In this document: piece by piece, positions 55,852 through 64,000 of the stretch | Position numbering within the stretch: position 1 is the first letter of the stretch | How the letters are laid out: the number at the start of each line of letters is the position of its first letter | Translations under genes and position numbers: made by a program | NCBI GenBank assembly: GCA_040285745.1 | Contig: JAUFOR010000003.1 | Location: forward strand, 1,240,001-1,304,000 | Direction: 5' to 3' | DNA: 64,000 nucleotides | From: Barthelona sp. PCE | Lineage: Eukaryota | Notes under the pieces: generated by a model | What the model was told of the DNA's origin: nothing | Database searches by the model: none | What the model saw: only the letters and a program-made list of their open reading frames with translations

Positions 55852-57924
55852 ATGCCCCGACCGCTAAGGGCTTTGGGCGATTTTTTTGTGGGGGGTTATG
55901 ATGGGGCCGACACTTTTAGAGTTGTTTTTGACGCATTGGGAGCTGTTACTATCCAGAAAATGAACGCACATGATTCTTGCACATTTTCAGAGTCATGGGA
56001 GGTAGACATAACGGCTATAACTGAGATTTCAGGTTATAAAACAACCAATTTATCAGAACTCAATGGTTTGGTTGAGGATTATGATTTTTCATACCATATA
56101 GCTGTTCCCAATTCTTCAAATGTGTTGTTATTTGATAAAAACGGAATTTTAACCAATTGTATCACGTTGAATAATTCACATGCAGCAGAAGCAAACATTT
56201 TCGCATTTTCGCAACCCTACGTGCTACGATCAAATTACATGTCTAATTTCATCGCTATTGGACAGGAATCCAAGTATCACATTGTCCCTACCCCAAGCCC
56301 AGTATATACCATATTCCCCAATACTATGATTATTGGTTTTGACAAGATCAACGCCATTCTATCCGTATATCTCCTTTGTGTTGATGGACAATCTGTTGAA
56401 ACGCATAGCGAAATATCTGTGGTTGACTGTGTTATTCCAAGTCTTGTCAGCGATGCGATATTGACTGTTGTGCATGAATCTCAAGATCTCGTTCTCATTT
56501 GGTACGATACAGAAGATGGAATGATCCGCCAGACACCTCTGGGTGCTGAGTTCCCAGCACTCTGTAAGTGTTATTGGGACAGGCAAAGAAATGGTCAATC
56601 GTGGAAGGTCTTCAGTATAATGATGATGTGTCTTGAACAGAAAGAGATCATCGTGGTTGTGGAGACGAACAACAAACATGAGATGATTCACGTTAAAGAA
56701 GACGAAGTGAATGCGTTCCCAGTCGATTTTAATAATTTTGTTCCCCTAAAAAAACACTTTACCTTCAATTCTTTTGATTTGCGTCCTGTTTTCAAGCAAT
56801 TTGCAAAGGCTGAGACGGATAAAGTGTACCTTTCCTCAGGTATCATAAATAGATCCAATCTTATATGCACAATAACCAATATGGCTAGAGCGACGGTGTT
56901 TGGAAGACAGAACCTCATCTTCCACCGTGCCGGAAAGGTAGTTTTGCTTGATGTTGTTACCAAGAGAGTGTTGTATTTCTCAATTCCATCAGATGTGAAG
57001 CTGAGTTTTCAACAACGATTATCCATTTTACAAGAAGCTGTCATATTCAAACGAACTGATGTTCATGTTGAGGCTGATGAGCAGATAGCCGCTGTTGTTA
57101 ACTTCTTTCGCTTGAATGTTAACAGTTCAATTAGCAGCTCCAGAGTCGTCGCAAATGACCCACGTTGTGCTATGGTAGGGTGTATCAACGACGAGATGTG
57201 CTTTCTGGGATGCAGTAAGCGTGGTGATATCTTTGATTGCGAAATCAGTACTGTGTCTGATGAAAAAAAAACTACTTCTTACAGTTACGAATCACAACGA
57301 AAACCAACGTTCAAAATGTTACACATAGACAGCTCGCATGTCATTACTGAAAGCTTGGGCAGGTATACCATTTATGAGAGACAGGACTCCAACATGATTA
57401 TTGCTGCACAAAGAAGCCCAACTTTTACATACTTGTATGTACCTAATCCTTATAACCACTGTGTCGAAATTCGAGCAAATAGGATAACCCGCGACCTCTC
57501 CCTATTAAATAATGGCGTTGTGATAAATGAAAACTTTGAGACATCCTTTTTTGTCCAATTTTTTTCTTTTCATGTTGTCCTGTTGGATAAAGGATTTTAT
57601 TTTTTAGATGCAGAGTCTTGTTTTCCTCTGGTGGTCTTTAGTGATTTCCCTGGATTGGAATCCCAAGTAATGACACCTCTTTTTTGGCAATGCATGTTTT
57701 TTGATGGATATGAGTTTATAATACATAGATTTGATGCCGAAAAACGCTCACTCCATCGCTTCATATTCGGTATTGAACCAGCAGTGGTTGAGATGATATC
57801 GTACGAATTAATAGATCTTTTTAGTTTCTTTTCAACAGCTCAGTACATAGACATATCACAAAACCCTGAGATATCAGCCCTGTGGGACGTCACCGCTCCA
57901 TTAGACGAGGCTATCAAAATCTGA
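55852..57924 (+). CDS. Hypothetical beta-rich protein, 690 aa
   Basis: Long ATG-initiated ORF after a T tract; no recognisable motif. Confidence 0.65.
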   Translation: MPRPLRALGDFFVGGYDGADTFRVVFDALGAVTIQKMNAHDSCTFSESWEVDITAITEISGYKTTNLSELNGLVEDYDFSYHIAVPNSSNVLLFDKNGILTNCITLNNSHAAEANIFAFSQPYVLRSNYMSNFIAIGQESKYHIVPTPSPVYTIFPNTMIIGFDKINAILSVYLLCVDGQSVETHSEISVVDCVIPSLVSDAILTVVHESQDLVLIWYDTEDGMIRQTPLGAEFPALCKCYWDRQRNGQSWKVFSIMMMCLEQKEIIVVVETNNKHEMIHVKEDEVNAFPVDFNNFVPLKKHFTFNSFDLRPVFKQFAKAETDKVYLSSGIINRSNLICTITNMARATVFGRQNLIFHRAGKVVLLDVVTKRVLYFSIPSDVKLSFQQRLSILQEAVIFKRTDVHVEADEQIAAVVNFFRLNVNSSISSSRVVANDPRCAMVGCINDEMCFLGCSKRGDIFDCEISTVSDEKKTTSYSYESQRKPTFKMLHIDSSHVITESLGRYTIYERQDSNMIIAAQRSPTFTYLYVPNPYNHCVEIRANRITRDLSLLNNGVVINENFETSFFVQFFSFHVVLLDKGFYFLDAESCFPLVVFSDFPGLESQVMTPLFWQCMFFDGYEFIIHRFDAEKRSLHRFIFGIEPAVVEMISYELIDLFSFFSTAQYIDISQNPEISALWDVTAPLDEAIKI

Positions 57925-57936
57925 TTTATTAATGAT

Positions 57937-59223
57937 TTAATCTAAAACAAAAAAACCTGCTGGACCACCTGGGACCGCTTCAAAGCAAACATCATTGAAG
58001 CACTCGTACTCCTTGTCGCTGTAGTATGTGGTTTCCAATGCAGAAATAATATCACAAGCATGCAATTTTGTTGTGTCAAACAAGCCGATGCAGCAACCGC
58101 CGAATCCCGCACCGCACAGTCTTGCAGCAGAGCACCCTGCATTTAGCAGAGCGGAACGGAGTTGATCTAACGCTGGTGACGAGCATTCGTAATTTTCTTT
58201 CAAAGAAATTCCAGATCGGTTCACAGATATACATAATGATTCAAAATCGTTGTTCTCACATGCGTTGACGGCTGACTCTACGTTGAGAACCTCAGCAAAT
58301 ACATGTACAGCACGATCACGAACCTTTCCAACCTCAGAAACAAATGGAGGTAGCTCTTGGCTCATATTTAGGAGCTCTGCTACCGTTTTTCCGCTGACAA
58401 CCTGCACCTCTCTCATTGTGTCCTGCTGTGGGATCTCAAGAAGATCTGATAAAAGATGTGAAGCTGTGCTACACTCCTTGACACGCTCGTTATATGCGTT
58501 ACTAGCGGCCTTGTGTGCTGCCTGAAGCGAATTTGCGACAATAATTCCTGTCTTCGTGGGGAGAGGGTGGTGTTCACCATGTAAAGATGGATAAAAATCA
58601 ATTTTCGTGACGTATCCCAGTTTGGCACCAAAAGAAATAGCTTGATCCATACCACCGGAGTTCAGTCCAATATAGCGCTCAGCAAGAGCTGCCTTGGCAC
58701 CTAAAATCGTTCTTTCCTCGTCACTGAGCTCCTCTTTCGAAAAACATAATCTGCCAGCCAACATACTCGCGCAGACTAATGCTGATGAGCTCGATAGTCC
58801 GGAACCAAGTGGCACGTTACCATCACCACACATGTATATGGCGCACGGGGGGAAATCTCCGTATTCTTCAATTGCACCTCTCAATCCACAAAGTACATAA
58901 TCAAACCAGAACGTCTTCTCCTCTCTGGTCTTTTGGAACCCCTTGATCTCATCCAGGCCAAAACTTCCGGTAGGGAACGTGGAGTCCTGGTGGGTGATTG
59001 ATACATTGAGTACTTCTGATGGTTTAACACCAACAGCCCACCCGAAAAAGCGAGTGCTCAACGCACAAGGAAGCACTGGGTACTTTGAGTAGTCTACATG
59101 TTCTCCTACAATATTCACACGTCCTGGAGCATGTACAATATAATCTGCAGGGAATTTGAATACTTTTTCAAAGCTCTTAACCAATGAGTCGAGTAACGGT
59201 CTTCTATTATGATTATCAGTCAT
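57937..59223 (-). CDS. Galactokinase / N-acetylgalactosamine kinase (GHMP family)
   Basis: APGRVNIVGEHVDY, VPLGSGLSSSSAL, GGMDQAIS, YNERVKEC and ARLCGAGFGGC. Confidence 0.92.
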   Translation of the reverse strand: MTDNHNRRPLLDSLVKSFEKVFKFPADYIVHAPGRVNIVGEHVDYSKYPVLPCALSTRFFGWAVGVKPSEVLNVSITHQDSTFPTGSFGLDEIKGFQKTREEKTFWFDYVLCGLRGAIEEYGDFPPCAIYMCGDGNVPLGSGLSSSSALVCASMLAGRLCFSKEELSDEERTILGAKAALAERYIGLNSGGMDQAISFGAKLGYVTKIDFYPSLHGEHHPLPTKTGIIVANSLQAAHKAASNAYNERVKECSTASHLLSDLLEIPQQDTMREVQVVSGKTVAELLNMSQELPPFVSEVGKVRDRAVHVFAEVLNVESAVNACENNDFESLCISVNRSGISLKENYECSSPALDQLRSALLNAGCSAARLCGAGFGGCCIGLFDTTKLHACDIISALETTYYSDKEYECFNDVCFEAVPGGPAGFFVLD

Positions 59224-59486
59224 TTAAATGCAACAAAGTTGGCCAAAACACAAGGTTTTTATAAAAAAAAGAAGGGAAAAGAAGTTTTTGTTGAAAAACA
59301 CGATGATACCCTATGATTTTTTTTGTAAACTTTGTGGTTGTAGATATATTCAACTACATGTCTCAGCACAGTTATAAAAATAAATAAAAACGACGCAACA
59401 AAAACCTGCACAATCAAATTCCTAATACATCTCAAACTCTTATTATCTGTTTACTGTGCTGTGTATCTGTGCAAATGTGTTCTTAA

Positions 59487-60106
59487 TTAACGGATGGAAC
59501 GTCTCCATGTGGCAATATAATCAGGGCGAGCTGCTTCAACTTCACGCTCGTGCTCCTTCAACTCAGCTTCCCTTGATTTTCTGTAGTACTCGAGAGATTT
59601 GTTCTCTTCCATAAGATATCTTTCATATTCCTTCCTCATCAATTCTTGCTCGGCTTCTAATGCCTCTGTCATCTCAAGTTGCCTTCTGTTCTCCTCCATA
59701 AAGGCATTTTCCTCTGCTGCGCGTTGTTGATCAAGCTGAAATTGAACTTCTCTTTGGTAGTCCAGATCACGCTGTTGTTTTGCTCTAAATGTTAGATGTC
59801 TACGAAAATCACTTATTCATGGTGCGTTATCTCTTTAGTACAAATATAATACAGAAAAACAACACTTCAAAAATGAGCAATTTCAAAAAAATACTGCAAG
59901 ATCTTCTTTTCTTCAGCTGTTGGCTCCATTTCCATGAGCCTCTCCTGCTCAAACTGATGCCACTGCTCTCTACGACGCTGTTCGCGTGCGCGTTCTCTTT
60001 CAAATGCAGCATCTGCACTCTCCGCGTTAGGATTGTGCATGAGAGACTTTGCGGGCCGTCTTAAGATCGAATTCTTCTTCGAAAACGCTGGTTGCGAACT
60101 GTACAT
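59487..60106 (-). CDS. Charged coiled-coil protein, possibly an axonemal microtubule inner protein; two exons (59895-60106, 59487-59784), 169 aa
   Basis: ORFs 59867-60106 and 59487-59699 join in frame (KKILQ-AKQQRDLDYQREVQFQL) after removing 59785-59894. E/R/Q-rich helix. Confidence 0.65.
59785..59894 (-). other. Spliceosomal intron, 110 nt
   Basis: GTATTT...TCTAACATTTAG. The last 11 nt are identical to those of the CFAP45 intron, and removal restores the frame. Confidence 0.8.
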
Positions 60107-60151
60107 TGCTTGAAACGGATATAAAACTATTTACACCTTTATCTTCCATAA

Positions 60152-61141
60152 ATGGAACTTCAAAGACAGCGAGTTGAGCACATTTGTCCTCAAAACACTG
60201 ATGATGCCATTTTTCTGTTTGGATTACTTCAACAACATTCTGATGCAACCAATAACATTATTGTTCCACAAATACAAGCTTTCATGTCGTCTTATCACGA
60301 CTATATGCACTGGGATTATTCTATGCTTATGTTTCCGAAGAGATATCACAATGAGTATATTGAATTTACATCAGAACATCTTGCTCAAAGTGAGTTCAAG
60401 ACTGTTAGATATGCTGAAGGTGTCACTGCTCTTGCAAATATTGCAGATCAAACCTCAGAAGTACAAAAAAACGGAACAGATGAAGTGATGCAATTGACAG
60501 GTACGGTTAATTCACTTTCTACGCAGCATATATGCACAACAACTGGCCTATACAGTGCCACTGGTGATCTGATTGATGAAGGCAACTATCTATGGTGTGA
60601 CGAAAATGAAAGGCACACCGCTGCAGGCTCTCAGAATTCTATCAGAATCGATAACACATCATATTCTCTCCCTTTTACACCTGTATCTGGCCGCGTCAAC
60701 ATAAATAGATCCTGCATTCTTGCAGGTGGTAGACAACTAACATCTTCAGTCTTTGTACCTCAAACTAACAATATAATGACTTTTTTAGGACATTGCAGCT
60801 TTGTTTCATCAGTATGTAACATACATAAAGGACATGTAAGTGGTTCATACGATAAAACAGTCAAGATATACGATCATTGTGCTCGTCCTCGAGCACATAC
60901 CTCAGTTTTTTTACCAGAAAGAGTACAATTTGTTGAAGTTGAACCAATTAACCCAGAAACAGTGCTTGCTGCTGGATTTAATAATCTATATTGCATTGAT
61001 TTAAGAAATCACAGATATCATGCAATTCCAGCACCTGAAACAATATTGCAATTATATAAGAGTACAGTTACCAACTCATGCACCGTTATAACATGTGGTA
61101 ATGAGTCACAAAGCATCATGAAATTCCCGTTGAATTTTTAA
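60152..61141 (+). CDS. WD40-repeat-like protein
   Basis: FLGHCSFVSSV...VSGSYDKTVKIYD is a WD repeat; LYCIDLR. Confidence 0.6.
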   Translation: MELQRQRVEHICPQNTDDAIFLFGLLQQHSDATNNIIVPQIQAFMSSYHDYMHWDYSMLMFPKRYHNEYIEFTSEHLAQSEFKTVRYAEGVTALANIADQTSEVQKNGTDEVMQLTGTVNSLSTQHICTTTGLYSATGDLIDEGNYLWCDENERHTAAGSQNSIRIDNTSYSLPFTPVSGRVNINRSCILAGGRQLTSSVFVPQTNNIMTFLGHCSFVSSVCNIHKGHVSGSYDKTVKIYDHCARPRAHTSVFLPERVQFVEVEPINPETVLAAGFNNLYCIDLRNHRYHAIPAPETILQLYKSTVTNSCTVITCGNESQSIMKFPLNF

Positions 61142-62172
61142 CCTAACTCAACACATTCATCGGTCAAAACGGAAGGGTCATGTCTGTTGAGTAGAGAAAG
61201 AAGATTACTGTGTGTGAGTGGTGTAATATTCGTTTGCAACACGGTTGTTGCTTGTGGGATAGCTTCTACGATATCAAATCGTTCTATAAGTGTAGATGTG
61301 TGGTCTCTGAGGAGTGGAAACGAATCAAAACATCGCAAAATACCATCAAATAAACGTATCTTTATAGAATTTTTCTTATGCAAAATAACCATCATAGATT
61401 CTCGATGTAATGGTGATGAAACCACGAATAGTAAACAAATAAGACACTCTATTATGATTTCAGGTTCTTTAACGAAAAGCAAAAAAGTAAATCCTAATAT
61501 CAATAGCTCATCAATTTCTATCTTGTTCTCGCATAAACTACGCTTCAAACGCACACATTCGTCATATTGTGTGCTGACTGTTGAGCCTAATACAGCACAA
61601 ACAGGGTGATTCGATTTTCGCATTGAAAGCTGGACGTTTTCTATGTTTTCCCTATCTCCTACCTCGTGTAAGCGGAATAAAAGCCTGCAGAGCATCAGGT
61701 CATACTTTGGATGTGATCGTATTACTTCCTTATCAATGTGTCTTAAAAAAAAGTTCAAATTCGAGCAAGTGTCAATAGAATCAAAAAGGATTCGGGAATA
61801 CTCGTCCACAGTCATTTTAATGGCTGCGCTCTCAGTCTTTGGTTTGGAAACTATCCTCCTCTTTCTGGTTTTTGGCTTCTTAGTGTTACTGCGCTTCTTA
61901 TACTTCCGCATTGTGGATATAAGCGTGCTATTCGAGTTGATTAGCCTGTTTCTTTGACGTAAAAGGTCAGTATTGATCTTTTTTAGATGTGAAATCTGTT
62001 GATTGAGTTCACTAACCTCGCTCATATTCACCTCTGACACTCTTTCCAGAATAGAAACGTCTGCAAGTACAACGTGAGACTCCGATCCAATCTCCTTACT
62101 CAAATCCTCCAATTCCAGCTCTAATTCACTCAAATCATCTTCGTCTTCGTATACAAATTGCCCCAATGACAT
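61138..62172 (-). CDS. Hypothetical protein with N-terminal coiled coil and helical C-terminal domain
   Basis: Start taken at ATG 62172 (MSLGQFVYEDEDD). The longer listed ORF is an antisense extension into nadE. Confidence 0.55.
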   Translation of the reverse strand: MSLGQFVYEDEDDLSELELELEDLSKEIGSESHVVLADVSILERVSEVNMSEVSELNQQISHLKKINTDLLRQRNRLINSNSTLISTMRKYKKRSNTKKPKTRKRRIVSKPKTESAAIKMTVDEYSRILFDSIDTCSNLNFFLRHIDKEVIRSHPKYDLMLCRLLFRLHEVGDRENIENVQLSMRKSNHPVCAVLGSTVSTQYDECVRLKRSLCENKIEIDELLILGFTFLLFVKEPEIIIECLICLLFVVSSPLHRESMMVILHKKNSIKIRLFDGILRCFDSFPLLRDHTSTLIERFDIVEAIPQATTVLQTNITPLTHSNLLSLLNRHDPSVLTDECVELG

Positions 62173-62275
62173 TTTCCGATGTTTTAAAAGGGATGGAAAT
62201 AAAATGACGAGTTGTTTACAAAATGATCCATGTTTATGCATTTTTCTTCCCTTTCCAACCACTAAACAACAAGAA

Positions 62276-63196
62276 ATGATTCCAGGTGCCAAAGAATTCC
62301 CAAGACTCCTACAACAAGCCCTCGAAACCCATCGCGAGGCCGTAAATTTTGAGGCAGGACCTTGGATTGAACAAATACTGGATAAAACCGAGGCATACTT
62401 TCGCAACGCCGGACTCAAGGCTGCAGCCATCAATGTTTCTGGTGGAATTGACTCTGCAGTCACCCTTGCTTTACTTCATCGACTTATGAATCGGGATAAT
62501 TCACCTCTTGAAAAAATCGTTCCAATTTGTCAACCCATTCACTCAACTGAGAAGATCATCAACCGTGCCGATCTCCTCTGCGATTACTTGAAGCTTGAAC
62601 TCTTCAACGTTGATCAAACAGCCGTATTTGATATGTTAGCTCCACTTGTATCTGAAGCACTTCATGTTGAACGTACACAATTTGCTGATGGTCAGCTCAA
62701 ATCGTGCATGCGGACCCCTGTTGCATACTATGCAGCACATCTTATGAACGCTAGTGGTTACCCATGTCTAGTAGTTGGTACCGGAAATTATGATGAAGAC
62801 GGTTATCTTCGTTATTTCACAAAGGCTGGTGATGGAACAGTTGATATCCAACTCATCAGTGAACTCCATAAGAGTCAGGTTTACTCAGTTGCACGTTCAC
62901 TTGATCTTCCTGATTTTGTATGTGATGCAATTCCTTCTGCTGATCTTTGGGAAGGACAAACTGATGAGGATGAACTGGGATGCCCTTATGAGTTTATTGA
63001 GTTCCTTACAGGCGCTTACCTCCAATGGGATGAAGATAAACAAAAAGATTTTATTGCAACTCTTGAAAACGAAGATCCTGTTTCTCATAAATGTTTCAAT
63101 GAATGGTATGATCTTGCTTCTTCTGTACATCGCAGAAGCGCTCACAAGGCATTTTGGCCTGTTAATATTGTTATCAAGGAACCTCCTAAGTTCTAA
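62276..63196 (+). CDS. nadE: NH3-dependent NAD+ synthetase (single domain, no glutaminase)
   Basis: NVSGGIDSAV, VGTGNYDEDGYLRYFTKAGDG, LHKSQVY and PSADLWEGQTDEDELG. Start is ATG 62276, or possibly 62204. Confidence 0.92.
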   Translation: MIPGAKEFPRLLQQALETHREAVNFEAGPWIEQILDKTEAYFRNAGLKAAAINVSGGIDSAVTLALLHRLMNRDNSPLEKIVPICQPIHSTEKIINRADLLCDYLKLELFNVDQTAVFDMLAPLVSEALHVERTQFADGQLKSCMRTPVAYYAAHLMNASGYPCLVVGTGNYDEDGYLRYFTKAGDGTVDIQLISELHKSQVYSVARSLDLPDFVCDAIPSADLWEGQTDEDELGCPYEFIEFLTGAYLQWDEDKQKDFIATLENEDPVSHKCFNEWYDLASSVHRRSAHKAFWPVNIVIKEPPKF

Positions 63197-63349
63197 TTTT
63201 GTAAAAATTATTGTGGATTGTCAAGAATACTTGCACTTATTTTTGCTTACAAACCTGAAGATTATGGGTCAGAACCAATTAAATACATACTCATTATATA
63301 GTAAACCTATGGTATTTCGATTCTCACCTTTTCTTTAATATAAATTCAT

Positions 63350-64000
63350 ATGCATACTATCGAAGACATTGGAAGACGTCTAAAGTACATAGTCAAGGAC
63401 TTGACAAAAAGGAATGCTAATCATCCTGCCGTTGATCATCTTGAAAAAGCGTTAAGCTTCTTCCAAACTTTTGAGGAGACAAGTTCTCAAGAAAAGAAGG
63501 TTGAAAGCAAGAAAGAAGTAAGTAGCGAAACAGAAGCTTCATTTTCAGAAACTTCTGAATCAGAAGCAGAAGGTTTCCGTCGTTCTGAATCACCTGCACA
63601 CTCCCCTATTGGCATAGAGTTCGAGGAGGATAAGGAGTCGTCGGGATCAAGCGCCGAAGAGGGTAACGAGATTGATTTGGATAAAACCAGTGATGAAGAG
63701 TTCTATAAAAACTTAAAGAACTCCACTGATGGGAGCAGCGGCTCATCCTCCTCCTCCTCTGGTGAATCCACAGGAAATGAAACCGATAGCGATAGTGAAG
63801 TTGCAATGGCAATCAAGGAATCTGAAGTTGAATCTTCTAGTGAGGAGTCTGAAGTTGGCACAACTAGTTTATTAAAGAATAACGAAGAATCAAGTGAAGA
63901 ATCTGAGATCGAATCCGATAATAAGAAACAATCTTCTGCTGTTGTTAAAAAGACAGGAAGTGAAGGTGAATCTAGCTCAGAAGAAGGCGAGTCTAGTTCT
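63350..64000 (+). CDS. Ser/Glu-rich acidic low-complexity protein, 5' part; runs off the window
   Basis: ATG at 63350 opens a frame (MHTIEDIGRRLKYIVKDL...SSSSSGESTGNETDSDSE...) that I read as stop-free to the window end. It is absent from the ORF track because it has no stop. Confidence 0.65.
   Translation, partial: MHTIEDIGRRLKYIVKDLTKRNANHPAVDHLEKALSFFQTFEETSSQEKKVESKKEVSSETEASFSETSESEAEGFRRSESPAHSPIGIEFEEDKESSGSSAEEGNEIDLDKTSDEEFYKNLKNSTDGSSGSSSSSSGESTGNETDSDSEVAMAIKESEVESSSEESEVGTTSLLKNNEESSEESEIESDNKKQSSAVVKKTGSEGESSSEEGESSS

Noticed and set aside
62173..62463. Apparent head-to-head coding overlap between the 441-aa minus ORF and nadE
   Set aside because: The extension starts at a non-ATG codon and is the antisense shadow of nadE. 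ATGs at 62172 and 62276 give an ordinary ~100-nt divergent promoter.
1..64000. Alternative genetic code (TAA/TAG = Gln as in hexamitid diplomonads), tRNA/rRNA genes, transposons, CRISPR arrays
   Set aside because: Conserved proteins terminate at TAA/TAG at the expected positions. I saw no cloverleaf, rRNA, transposase/RT motif or spaced direct-repeat array.

Overview
Gene-dense, intron-poor eukaryotic nuclear DNA in the standard genetic code, from a flagellated protist. All three introns I could define end in a fused branch-point/3' splice-site motif (CTAAY-NTTTAG), which suggests a metamonad (inference). About 26 protein genes are supported, separated by intergenic gaps from a 4-nt overlap to about 850 nt. 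They include CFAP57, glutathione synthetase, a C2HC zinc-finger protein, an HMG-box protein, Nbp35, importin-9-like, a truncated degenerate dynein heavy chain, pelota, TMEM62-like, a NEK kinase, DOCK, CLN5-like, CFAP45, Sen54-like, Elf1, galactokinase and NH3-dependent NAD synthetase. The main observations are five. (1) A ~4,660-aa surface receptor-like gene has an internal duplication, a GC mosaic and two compensating frameshifts, both at CTC-A-run sites. (2) A DNAH6-like pseudo-dynein has a degenerate AAA1 and no AAA6. (3) Two long introns appear to fold into single hairpins that shrink them towards the size of the 37-nt intron. (4) A CLN5-like enzyme is fused to a carboxypeptidase-inhibitor-like knottin. 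(5) Nbp35 has a duplicated N-terminal Cys motif. All family calls come from motif recognition by eye, not from database searches.
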